Below, piece after piece: positions 1 through 8,656 of a stretch of 32,000 bases of DNA. The DNA lies in contig NC_010655.1 in NCBI RefSeq assembly GCF_000020225.1, positions 1,800,001 to 1,832,000 on the forward strand, in the 5' to 3' direction. The notes under the pieces are model-generated. The model made no database searches, was not told the DNA's origin, and was given only the letters and a program-made list of their open reading frames with translations. The stretch is from Akkermansia muciniphila ATCC BAA-835 (GTDB lineage Bacteria; Verrucomicrobiota; Verrucomicrobiia; Verrucomicrobiales; Akkermansiaceae). Each line of letters starts with the position of its first letter. Positions within the stretch are counted from its first letter, which is position 1. A program made the translations under genes and the position numbers.

Positions 1-281
1 CCTTCGGTACGCCGTCCATGCCTGTTTATTGCAATTATGAAGCCCGGGTAGTGGAAGGTCCGGACGACATCCGCAGCATGCTGGAACACCAGGTATGCGG
101 ATCCGTGCGCTGGACGGCTTCCATGCAGAAGCTGGTGGATCAGGGCCACCGCCTTTTCATTGAACTGGGGCCGGGCAAGACACTGGCCGGCATGATGGCT
201 CGCATCTGCAAGGAAGCTACGGTCATCTCCATTGAAGACGTGCCCAGCCTGGAAGCCGCCGTTGCGGAGCTGAACAAATAA
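1..281 (+). CDS. fabD: malonyl-CoA:ACP transacylase, C-terminal fragment (5' part lies upstream of the window)
   Basis: Frame 3 is open from the window edge to TAA at 279-281. The translation (..HQVCGSVRWTASMQKLVDQGHRLFIELGPGKTLAGMMARI..) matches the conserved FabD C-terminus (xVRW ... ElGPGkvL). A terminator hairpin follows. Confidence 0.85.
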   Translation, partial: FGTPSMPVYCNYEARVVEGPDDIRSMLEHQVCGSVRWTASMQKLVDQGHRLFIELGPGKTLAGMMARICKEATVISIEDVPSLEAAVAELNK

Positions 282-302
282 TTTCCCTGAATAAAAGGGG
301 GT

Positions 303-337
303 AAGCCGCCGGCCCGTTGGGGAGCCGGCGGTTTTTT
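303..337 (+). terminator. rho-independent terminator after fabD
   Basis: Stem CCGCCGGC (306-313) pairs with GCCGGCGG (324-331) around a 10-nt loop, followed by T6 (332-337). It lies about 25 nt after the fabD stop. Confidence 0.75.
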
Positions 338-745
338 GTTGGCGTGTTCATGGCGGGGTTCTGTCAAATAGGCAATATCCCATGGAACAGGGGAAATGCC
401 TGCCTCCGTGCCAGCGGCCCTGCTCCTGCGCGGGCATTTTCCTCATGCCGCCGGTGGGAAGATGCATGAACATCAGCATCGTTCCCATGAAAAAAGCGAT
501 GGCGGGCACGAACAGCGGTTTCCATATAAGGAAAAGTGCGGGCATGATGGAATGCGCCGCTCCTCAGGTCAGAAGAATCAGGGCAATGAGGTAAAACAGG
601 AGGCCGCTTTTAGGAGGCCGGCAGGAGAGCATGAAAGCCGAGGCTCTGAGCCGCGCCAGGCGTTCCTGGCGGCGCAGCCCCCTGCATCAGGCATGAAAGG
701 AATTCCGTCAGGAAACAGGCGTTATGGAATAGAAATTCCTGATTT

Positions 746-1441
746 CTAAAGAAGTTCCGTCAGAGAGCGGATGATACTGGTCGCCAGGGAAAAATCCGCC
801 TGCTCCGTTACCCTGTTTGGAACCGAGATGACTGGCATTCCTGCGCGGTGTGCGGCTGTAGTGCCGTTCTGGGAGTCTTCCAGCACCAGGCATCCAGACG
901 GAGATTTACCCAGGTTTTCCGCGGCTTTCAGGAACAGGGCCGGATCCGGTTTGACGGGGAGGCCGTCGTCGCGGCAGACGACGGTTTGAAAATAGGGCAT
1001 GATGCCCAATCTGTTCAGCCAGCCGTCCACCCAGCGGTGGGAAGAACTGGAGGCCACTCCCATAGGGGTTCCGGCTTCCCCCAGGTTCCGGATGAGTTCT
1101 CCGGCGCCGGGCAGGAGGCCGGCATGTTCCAGATCCCGGACGATTTCCTCCTGGCGGCGGCTGTTGACGGTTTCCCAGTCGAAAGTGCGCCCCGTCAATT
1201 TCTCCAGATGTTCTCCGGGATTCCAGTGGGTGTAACCGCTGCCCAGGCATTGGTTGAACAAATCCAGGGGAAGAGGGTGGCCGCAGGACGCGAAAACCCG
1301 TTCCCAGGAGGAATAAATGGCATATTCCGTATCCACCAGCAATCCGTCAAAATCAAAAATGACGGCGTGTGCCCGCCGGAGCAGTTCACGCGCTTTCAGA
1401 ACGGCTTCCCGGGAATCGGCAAAGTGATCAGGAATGGTCAT
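746..1441 (-). CDS. HAD-IA family hydrolase (beta-phosphoglucomutase/phosphatase-like)
   Basis: 231-aa ORF with HAD motif I VIFDFDGLLVDTE, motif II GVASSS and motif IV LEDSQNGTTAAHRAGM. It overlaps the upstream permease gene by 14 nt on the same strand. Confidence 0.85.
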   Translation of the reverse strand: MTIPDHFADSREAVLKARELLRRAHAVIFDFDGLLVDTEYAIYSSWERVFASCGHPLPLDLFNQCLGSGYTHWNPGEHLEKLTGRTFDWETVNSRRQEEIVRDLEHAGLLPGAGELIRNLGEAGTPMGVASSSSHRWVDGWLNRLGIMPYFQTVVCRDDGLPVKPDPALFLKAAENLGKSPSGCLVLEDSQNGTTAAHRAGMPVISVPNRVTEQADFSLATSIIRSLTELL

Positions 1442-2822
1442 GGACGGGAGTCTTTTTCAAGCCTCTCAATAATTCCGAGAAGCTTCTGTGAGCCAGCTTG
1501 GTTTGAAAAAGGCGGATGGCGATGATGGTGTAGATAATGTTGGGCATCCATGCTCCCAGCCAGGTGGGGAGGTAGCCTGCGGAGGCCAGGGTGGGGAAAA
1601 ACTCATACAGGAACAGCATGGCTGCCGCTAGGAACAACGCAATGCCGATGCCGGACATGGCGGAGCGCCTCTGGAACGTGATGGCGGAGGGGATGGCAAT
1701 AAATGTCAGGATAATGCAGGAAAATATGCGGGCGATCCTGACGTGCCATTCCGTCTGCAGGCTTCTGAGGTACCTGGCATTTGTCGTGCCGGACTTGATG
1801 AGTTCCTGGAGAGCCGGGGTTCCCTGTGTATCCACGCGGACGTTGGGTGAAATCAGTTGCCAGGGTGTTTCGGGATAATGCTCTTTCAGCGTTTGGTATT
1901 CCTGTCCGGCAAAAACGGGAACATCATGGAGCTGGCGGGGTTCCTCCTGGGAATAATTTCTTTTGATGGCCTGCCGGAAGGTCCATGTCCTGGAGGCCGG
2001 ATCCCAGGTGGCTTCATCGGCAAACAGCTCGTATTTCATCTTTCCGGGGGCGCTGAACTGTTCCACCCGCACCTGCCGGAAAGGATTGCCGGGGGAATCA
2101 ATTCCGGGAGGATTGCCCAGATACCAGATGCGGGATTCCGCATCATTTTTGTAGATGGTGCTCTGGGAAGCATGGTTATTTTTGTTCTGGCTCAGGGAGG
2201 AGAACATCAGTTTCCTGTACAGGGCGGAGTTGGGTGCCCAGTGGAACCCGAAGATGCCGAAGTAGATGGAGGCAAAGACGGCACCGATGATGATGGGGGT
2301 GTTGATTCGGAGCAGGGACCGTCCGGACTGCAGCATGCCGGTGATTTCTGAGGATGAGGAAAGTTTGGTAAGCGCCCAGAGTGTTCCCAGGAGAAGGGTA
2401 TAAGGCAGAATCAGGTTCAGGATCATGGGCAGCTGGCTCAGGTAAAAGCGGAACGTGCCCATGAGGGGTGCGTCCAGGTTCATCAGGTCTCCCACATTGT
2501 CCGCAAAATCTCCGATAATGTAAATCAGCGTCAGGATGGCCGTACACATGATGAAGGCCGTGAACCAGGTGCGCGCCACATACTTGTCCAGGATGCTCGA
2601 ACGGTTGTACAGGAACATTCCCAGCGCGGGGAGAAAGCAGCCCAGAAGGATGAGCCAGGGCCGCAGGAGCTGGGAAAGGGGATATTCGGACGGCGTACCG
2701 GGAATTTCCCATTGCATCTGGGACCATTCCCGGGGCATCAGAAACCAGGCTGCCGCTCCTCCCAGCGCAAGCAGGAGGAGAAATGCGGACCATTGGCGGA
2801 AATGTCGGGCCTGGATTGCCAT
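1428..2822 (-). CDS. LptF/LptG (YjgP/YjgQ) family LPS export permease
   Basis: 464-aa multi-TM ORF. It has the family-typical SILDKYVARTWFTAFIM.. N-terminal helix, GMLQSGRSLLRI, a large central soluble loop and C-terminal TM helices. The first ~68 aa form an unusual extension, so Met69 (nt 2618) is an alternative start. Confidence 0.8.
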   Translation of the reverse strand: MAIQARHFRQWSAFLLLLALGGAAAWFLMPREWSQMQWEIPGTPSEYPLSQLLRPWLILLGCFLPALGMFLYNRSSILDKYVARTWFTAFIMCTAILTLIYIIGDFADNVGDLMNLDAPLMGTFRFYLSQLPMILNLILPYTLLLGTLWALTKLSSSSEITGMLQSGRSLLRINTPIIIGAVFASIYFGIFGFHWAPNSALYRKLMFSSLSQNKNNHASQSTIYKNDAESRIWYLGNPPGIDSPGNPFRQVRVEQFSAPGKMKYELFADEATWDPASRTWTFRQAIKRNYSQEEPRQLHDVPVFAGQEYQTLKEHYPETPWQLISPNVRVDTQGTPALQELIKSGTTNARYLRSLQTEWHVRIARIFSCIILTFIAIPSAITFQRRSAMSGIGIALFLAAAMLFLYEFFPTLASAGYLPTWLGAWMPNIIYTIIAIRLFQTKLAHRSFSELLRGLKKTPVHDHS

Positions 2823-3073
2823 GAAAAAAGAGGGTGGGGCAAGAATGCCAGATCGGGAGCGGGAAATAAAGCGTTATTTGGCCGCCGGACAGGGATAAAA
2901 GGCTGCCTGAACCGCATGTATGTGCTTGCTTCGTGAACCTCAGTGCGGTTCCGCTCCTTAAAGGGAGGAAGTGGCTGCTGGAGATGTTCCGCCTGATAGA
3001 AGTTGGCTGTTGTCAACGTAAACTGGATGAGATAAAATCTTCCTGACAACTGTTTCCCGGCAACAGCCTTTCC

Positions 3074-4186
3074 ATGTTCAAACGTCTTGTTCAATTGTTT
3101 CTTCTGTTTTTTCTGGCTGCTGCGGGTGTTCTGGCGTGGTTTGCTTGGTACGTCTCCACTCCCCTGCTCATTCCCGTGGGAGGGGAGGAACCCGCCTCTT
3201 CTCCCGTTGCGGGTTCCCTGGTGATGGAACCCGTGGAAGCCGTTTCATCCGATGGCACGGCTATTGAAGGTTATCTGGTGAGCCCGGGGCGTCCGGAGGC
3301 TTTGTCTCCGCGCCAGAGCCGCGTGCGGGATACTCTGAAATTGCGCGGGAAAATGCCGCATTTGGAGGCAAAACCGGAGCTGGTTGTGATAGCCGCTTCT
3401 TGGAATGAGGGAGTGGAAAGTTCCCTCCCTCTGGCGGAAGGGCTGGCAGGAGCCGGTTACACGAGCCTGATATGGAATCCGCGCGGGAAGAACAATACCC
3501 GTCAATTCTGCACGTACGGATTAAGGGAATATGCGGATGTAACGGCGCTTTTGGACGCCGTATCCCGGAAGCAGGGCGGATTGCCTCCCGTGGCTGCCGT
3601 GGGGCAGGGATTTGGTGCGGCCGTGCTGTTGAAAGCCGCGTCTGAAGATCCCCGCATCCGCTGCATGGTCAGCATGGACTGCTTTCCTTCCCTGAAAACC
3701 GTGGCTGTCCGGGAGATGGAGCAGGATTGGGGCAAGCCTCTGTGCTATGCCGCTTATTGGCTGCTGGATGCCGGGGTGGATTGGCGTGCGGGGTTCAGTA
3801 CGTTTGACGTGGCTCCCGTGGATGATGCCCTGAAATTGGATTATCCGGTCATGGTGGTTTGTACGAACCAATATTTTTTCTCCACGCTGGAAGATTGCCT
3901 GAGCATTTACGATTCCCTGAAAAATGAGAAAAAACAGCTTTATGAATCCATCCGGGAAGGGGAACCGTATGGCACCCGGGAACGGACTTTCCTGCATTCC
4001 ATTGAAGGAAAGAAGGGGGAAAAATTTGAAAAAATTTATAAGGTCAACGTCTATGCGGGGGATGACGAGCTGCAGGCTGGCATTGCGGAATGGATTCATG
4101 AGAATACGCGTATGCCCATGCCCAGGGTGTTGCCTCATGAGTCTTACAGTGCGCCCGTTACGGGTACCGCTCCTTCCGGTTCATGA
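3074..4186 (+). CDS. membrane-anchored alpha/beta-hydrolase-fold protein (nucleophile elbow degenerate)
   Basis: 370-aa ORF with an N-terminal hydrophobic anchor (LVQLFLLFFLAAAGVLAWFAWYV). Its layout is alpha/beta-hydrolase-like (..WNPRGKNN..EYADVTALLDAV..VAAVGQGFGAAVLLKAAS..). The stop overlaps the next start as ATGA. Confidence 0.6.
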   Translation: MFKRLVQLFLLFFLAAAGVLAWFAWYVSTPLLIPVGGEEPASSPVAGSLVMEPVEAVSSDGTAIEGYLVSPGRPEALSPRQSRVRDTLKLRGKMPHLEAKPELVVIAASWNEGVESSLPLAEGLAGAGYTSLIWNPRGKNNTRQFCTYGLREYADVTALLDAVSRKQGGLPPVAAVGQGFGAAVLLKAASEDPRIRCMVSMDCFPSLKTVAVREMEQDWGKPLCYAAYWLLDAGVDWRAGFSTFDVAPVDDALKLDYPVMVVCTNQYFFSTLEDCLSIYDSLKNEKKQLYESIREGEPYGTRERTFLHSIEGKKGEKFEKIYKVNVYAGDDELQAGIAEWIHENTRMPMPRVLPHESYSAPVTGTAPSGS

Positions 4187-5619
4187 ATTGTTCCTTTCCT
4201 TTTGCTGATGATCCCGTGAGTGCGAATCAGGACAACAACCGAGAACTCCGCGAAAACCGCCGCAGGCGCAGCCGTTTTATTCTGCCCGCGCCTCGCCATC
4301 TGGCAGCTGTGGCGGCAGGGGCTCTCCTTGCCGCCGTGCTGGTGCATTACCTGGGGTTTATCGTTCTGAGCTGGTTTGATCTGGGCATTCATGTGCACAA
4401 AGCCCCCACTGTCCAGGAGGACAGAAAGCCTCTGCCTGAAAAAATAGTTCTGAAGGCGGACGACCGTCCTGCTCCGGATGTAGCGGAAGCCGTTGAAAAA
4501 CCGGATATTGAGCAACTTGAAGAGATTCCCCCGGAATTGCCGGATTTAGAGGATATGCTTCCGGAGCAGGTAGTGATTGCTCCGGGGGAAACCAGCTTTT
4601 CCGCAGATCCGGTAAGTCCTTCCCCCCCGGAATCCCTTTCCCCGAAAATGCCGCAGGTGGACATGAATGCCGTCGCGAAGGGGTTGCCCGAACCCTCTCC
4701 GCCTGAGATGCTGAAATCTTCCGCCAGTCCGGTTACAATCAAGACGGCTGAACCGGATATGGTGAATCCGGATGAATGGTATAACAATAAGCTCAAAGGG
4801 GCGGGCGGTCAGGATGATTCCCATTTGCCGGATGGGAGCAAATCTCTTTCCCAGCTCATGGCCCAGTCCTCCTTGGGCAAGGACAGCGGGTACAGCAGGC
4901 TGGGAGCGGATCTTCTTTTTGAATACAACAAGGCGGTGATGAAAAATTCCGCCAGGCTGAGCATGCTTCAGCTTGCGGGACTGATGATGAAAAATCCGGA
5001 TACGATTTTCATTGTGGAAGGTCATACGGACAGCTTTGGTTCCGAGGAATATAATGCCGTGCTTTCCCTGATGCGTGCTAATGCCGTCCGCCAGTGGCTG
5101 AAGGATAACGGCATAGCTCTGACGCGCCCGAATGGGGAATGCAGATTGTACATACGCGCTTGCGGCTCTTCCCGTCCCGTCGTTTCCATCAGGGGAGACC
5201 GGGATGCCCAGGCCGCCAACCGGAGGGTGGAAATCCACATGCGCAAGCCGGGAGAGGAAATACCCGCCGGGAGCCTGCCCCTTACGTATGCGGTGGATAT
5301 GAGCACCCCTGTCGCCCGCCAGGTGCGTGCCGGAGTGGGCGCCCGCGCCGGAATTCCCTCCTCCGCGGCAGAAAGGAAAGCGCCCCCCGCAGGGCGTTCA
5401 TCTTCTGCCTCCCCGGAACGCCGGGAAAATCCTGCGCTGCGTCAGGAAGTAATTCCTGAGGCGGAACCCATTCCGGAAACGATTCCTTCGGCAGAGCCTG
5501 TGGAGGAACGCATCCCTTCGGCAGAGCCGGTAGAGGATGACATCCCGCTGGCTGAACCCGTCGTGTGTGCGGGGAGCCGCGCCGTAGTGAAGGGAGGTGC
5601 CGGATTGAGATGGAATTGA
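4183..5619 (+). CDS. OmpA/MotB-domain peptidoglycan-binding protein with a Pro/Glu-rich linker and repeat tail
   Basis: 478-aa ORF with one TM segment (LAAVAAGALLAAVLVHYLGFIVL) and a P/E/S-rich spacer. The OmpA-like core reads FIVEGHTDSFGSEEYNAVLSLMRANAVRQWL ... ANRRVEIHM. The start is coupled to the upstream stop through an ATGA overlap. Confidence 0.85.
   Translation: MNCSFPFADDPVSANQDNNRELRENRRRRSRFILPAPRHLAAVAAGALLAAVLVHYLGFIVLSWFDLGIHVHKAPTVQEDRKPLPEKIVLKADDRPAPDVAEAVEKPDIEQLEEIPPELPDLEDMLPEQVVIAPGETSFSADPVSPSPPESLSPKMPQVDMNAVAKGLPEPSPPEMLKSSASPVTIKTAEPDMVNPDEWYNNKLKGAGGQDDSHLPDGSKSLSQLMAQSSLGKDSGYSRLGADLLFEYNKAVMKNSARLSMLQLAGLMMKNPDTIFIVEGHTDSFGSEEYNAVLSLMRANAVRQWLKDNGIALTRPNGECRLYIRACGSSRPVVSIRGDRDAQAANRRVEIHMRKPGEEIPAGSLPLTYAVDMSTPVARQVRAGVGARAGIPSSAAERKAPPAGRSSSASPERRENPALRQEVIPEAEPIPETIPSAEPVEERIPSAEPVEDDIPLAEPVVCAGSRAVVKGGAGLRWN
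5452..5562 (+). repeat. in-frame tandem 30-nt repeats encoding IPxAEPVEE units
   Basis: attccttcggcagagcctgtggaggaacgc (5482-5511), atcccttcggcagagccggtagaggatgac (5512-5541) and the partial copy atcccgctggctgaacccgtc (5542-5562), preceded by degenerate copies at 5452-5481. Confidence 0.8.
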
Positions 5620-6485
5620 TGCGTGTCCTTCCGGTTCGGGCGCTGCCGAAACCCGAACGGCTCCGGTATCTTTTCTCCTTTGATTTTGACGATACTCTGT
5701 TCACTCTTGGAGGCCCTGCGGAAGAAAGGAGCATTTTTTTCAGAACCATGCGCATGCTCCGGTCGCAGTATGGTGTTCTCTGGGGCGTTAATACGGGGCG
5801 CGACCCTGTCTACCTGAGGGAAGGTCTGGCGGATATGTTCCGGGATGATGCGGAAGCGTTTGCCCCGGATTTTACGGTGACGATGGAACGGAATGTTCAT
5901 CTGGCGGATGCGGAGGGCAGGCTGATGCCCGGCGCCGCGTGGAACGATGACTGCGCTGTTGCCCATGACAGCTTGTTCACCCGTTACGGCGGCATGCTGG
6001 AATCATTGATGGGCCAGCTGGAAAGCCGGTTTTCCGGGCTGGGACTTCGCAGGCAGGACAATGACGCTTTTTCCCTGGTGGTGGATGATGCCTGCGGCCT
6101 GGATGAAGTTTCCTGCGTCATTCAGGATACGGTTGGTCCGTATGAGGAAATTGTCACGCAAAGGGCAGGTCCCTACCTGCGTTTCAGCCACCGTGATTAC
6201 AATAAGGGAACATCCCTTTCCTTTGTTGCCTCCCGGTTCGGCATTCCGTCTTCCCATGTCGCCATTTTCGGCGACGGGCACAATGATCTGGACGCCATGC
6301 GGCACTTGCCGGAGGCATTCCGGTGCTGCCCTTCCAATGCGGCGCAGGAAGTGAAAGACATGGTTGCCCGCGGCCATGGATACATTAGCCCGGAACCGCG
6401 CACCCGGGGCGTTCTGGACGGCCTGGCACATGGAGTGTTCCCTTATTTCGGGATGAAGGCGGAGGTTTTGAAGGAGGATATTTGA
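5610..6485 (+). CDS. Cof-type HAD-IIB family hydrolase
   Basis: Motif I is LFSFDFDDTLF and motif IV is IFGDGHNDLDAM. I prefer the ATG at 5610 (AGGGAGG at 5591-5597) over the track start at 5565. It overlaps the upstream stop by 10 nt. Confidence 0.8.
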   Translation: MELMRVLPVRALPKPERLRYLFSFDFDDTLFTLGGPAEERSIFFRTMRMLRSQYGVLWGVNTGRDPVYLREGLADMFRDDAEAFAPDFTVTMERNVHLADAEGRLMPGAAWNDDCAVAHDSLFTRYGGMLESLMGQLESRFSGLGLRRQDNDAFSLVVDDACGLDEVSCVIQDTVGPYEEIVTQRAGPYLRFSHRDYNKGTSLSFVASRFGIPSSHVAIFGDGHNDLDAMRHLPEAFRCCPSNAAQEVKDMVARGHGYISPEPRTRGVLDGLAHGVFPYFGMKAEVLKEDI

Positions 6486-6579
6486 AAACGGAGCTTTCGG
6501 ATGCTGACGGGAGATCGGCTTTCAACATGTTTCTTTCATCAAGGCGCTCCCGGAAGGGGAAGAATCGTATTGACAAGGA

Positions 6580-8571
6580 ATGCCTGCAATGCAGAAATGG
6601 GAAAGATTCTTTCCCAATCCCGATTACATGAACATTCCCTCTTTTTCCCGTAGCGTTTCCAGAGGTTCCGCCGTGGGCTGGTTTTTAGTGTTGCTGCTGG
6701 TTTGCGGTGCCGGAGCCGGATATTATCTTTACCAGGATAACCTGGCAAAAAGAAAAGCGGCCCAGGAATTGACCGCCGAACGTAAATTGAAGGAGAAGAA
6801 GGCCAGGGAAGCTGCGGAGAAACAGCGAATAAAACGGGAACGGGAAATCAGGGAGAAGAAGGAAAAGGAACGGCTGGCGGCCCAGAAGGCTTATGAGGAA
6901 GCGCAGGAAGAGAAGGCGCGGCAGGCGGCGGAAGCGGCCCGTAAGCTTCAGGAGCAGGCCGAACGCGAAGAACGGGAAAAAAGGAGAAGGGAGGAGCTGG
7001 AACGGCGCGAACGTGAGGAAGAGGCCCGCAGGCAGGAGGAAGATACTCCTGTGGAGGAAGAGCCTGAACCGGAAGGGCGTTTTCCCCAACCCGTGAAAAA
7101 CCGGATGCCGGAGCTTTCCGTTTATTCTATTCCTTGCAGGGATGATATCCAGACGGAAAAAGACAAGCTGCTGGAAACATGGTCCTGGGACAAGGCGGAA
7201 AAAATGGAGGGTATGGAGGAATTCCCCACGGGTTCCTCTCCGTGGAAAAAAGGGAAAGACGCCGGACGCATGCAGGCGCTTCTGGAAAAATGCCGGGAAT
7301 GGAAGGATGCCAAACTTGCCTCGCTGAAGGCGTGCCCGGCGGCGAAGGATTTTCCCGGCGTTCCGGAGAATGGGGCCCAGACGGTCAGGCGGACGGTGGA
7401 GATAGATTCCAATATTGGAGGCTGGCATAGTACGGGACTGTATGCGCCGCCCGGGGCGGAAATTTCGTGTTCCCTGTCCGGCGCTCCCAAAGACGGTTCG
7501 ATCAGCGTCCGCATAGGATGCCATACGGACAGCCTTCATAAGCTGGATGAATGGAAAAGAGTGCCGGAAATAACCATGCAGGTTCCGGCTGGCCGTGGGC
7601 GCGTGAAAATGGTGAATCCGATGGGCGGCCTTGTTTATGTGAATGTAGGCCAGCGTCCCAGACGGGGAAAGGTCTTCAAGGTTCAGATTTCCGGAGCCGT
7701 GCCTTCACCTCTGTTCGTAATGGGGAAGACCACTCCGGAACAATGGGCCGAACAATTGGAAAATACCAAGGCCCCGTGGGGGGAAATCCGCATGCCCCGG
7801 CTTATTGTCACGATGCCCGTGGAACAGCTGAAACAATGTCCGGATGTTCAGAAGACGGCGGAATTTCTGCAAAAAAACATGGCTCTTCAGGACTGGATTA
7901 TGGGATGGGATACCAAGCCGGACCGCCTGCATCATCCGATGCGCTTTGTCGTGGACAGGCAGATATCCGCCGGGGCCGGGCATTCCGGTTATCCCGCCAT
8001 GGCCACGAAGGACTGGACGAATTCCATTGCCACCGGTTCCATCATCCATTCCGGAAGCTGGGGTTTGTGGCATGAACTGGGGCATAACCACCAATCCCCT
8101 CCCTTTACGATGGAAGGCCAGACGGAGGTATCCGTCAACATATTCTCCATGGTGTGTGAAGTGATGGGGACTGGAAAAGACTTTGAATCCTGCTGGGGCG
8201 GCGGCATGGGGCCGTACGGCATGAGCGCGGAAATGAAAAAATATTTTTCAGGCACCCAGACTTACAATGAGGCTCCCAACAAGGTGCAGCTCTTCTTCTG
8301 GGTGGAGCTGATGTACTATCTGGGGTTTGACGCCTTCCGCCAGGTGGCTCTTCAATTCCATGACAAGCCTTATGACAACGGCGAACTGAGTGATGAAAAG
8401 AAATGGGAATGGGTCATGAACGCTTTTTCCAAGGTCACGGGAAAGAACATGGGGCCTTTCTTTAAGATTTGGCGTACGCCGGTTTCCGAACGCGCTACGG
8501 GCAGAATGAAAGACCTTCCCGCCTGGCTTCCTTCCAAGGATTATCCGGCCTGTTATACCGCAGAGGAATAA
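6580..8571 (+). CDS. membrane-anchored M60-like (enhancin/TCAF-type) zinc metallopeptidase with a charged helical stalk
   Basis: 663-aa ORF with a TM anchor (GWFLVLLLVCGAGAGYYLY) and a ~100-aa E/R/K-rich segment (nt ~6745-7075). M60-like N-domain style sequence (GGWHSTGLYAPPGAEI) is present, as is the zinc motif GLWHELGHNHQ (HELGH at nt 8071-8085). ATG 6628 is an alternative start. Confidence 0.8.
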   Translation: MPAMQKWERFFPNPDYMNIPSFSRSVSRGSAVGWFLVLLLVCGAGAGYYLYQDNLAKRKAAQELTAERKLKEKKAREAAEKQRIKREREIREKKEKERLAAQKAYEEAQEEKARQAAEAARKLQEQAEREEREKRRREELERREREEEARRQEEDTPVEEEPEPEGRFPQPVKNRMPELSVYSIPCRDDIQTEKDKLLETWSWDKAEKMEGMEEFPTGSSPWKKGKDAGRMQALLEKCREWKDAKLASLKACPAAKDFPGVPENGAQTVRRTVEIDSNIGGWHSTGLYAPPGAEISCSLSGAPKDGSISVRIGCHTDSLHKLDEWKRVPEITMQVPAGRGRVKMVNPMGGLVYVNVGQRPRRGKVFKVQISGAVPSPLFVMGKTTPEQWAEQLENTKAPWGEIRMPRLIVTMPVEQLKQCPDVQKTAEFLQKNMALQDWIMGWDTKPDRLHHPMRFVVDRQISAGAGHSGYPAMATKDWTNSIATGSIIHSGSWGLWHELGHNHQSPPFTMEGQTEVSVNIFSMVCEVMGTGKDFESCWGGGMGPYGMSAEMKKYFSGTQTYNEAPNKVQLFFWVELMYYLGFDAFRQVALQFHDKPYDNGELSDEKKWEWVMNAFSKVTGKNMGPFFKIWRTPVSERATGRMKDLPAWLPSKDYPACYTAEE

Positions 8572-8656
8572 GAAGGTTCTGGAACAGGGGGGGGAGGAGG
8601 CGTTGCCGCACTCGCTTCTGGACGGTTCCGCCGGCTGGGGCTAGGATGGCGGAGCT

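Noticed and set aside
382-749. Plus-strand ORFs of 70 and 117 aa after the fabD terminator
   Set aside because: They start downstream of a strong terminator, overlap each other in different frames, and have an Arg/Gly/His/Pro-rich composition with no motifs.
6685-7539. 284-aa minus-strand ORF
   Set aside because: It is antisense to the purine-rich stalk-coding region of the M60-like gene. Its Phe/Leu/Pro/Arg low-complexity translation is the mirror image of the Glu/Lys/Arg repeats.
8603-8644. 13-codon TTG-initiated uORF after the AGGAGG in the MFS leader
   Set aside because: The spacing from AGGAGG to TTG is only 2 nt, the start is non-canonical, and there are no leader-peptide features such as rare or regulatory codon runs.
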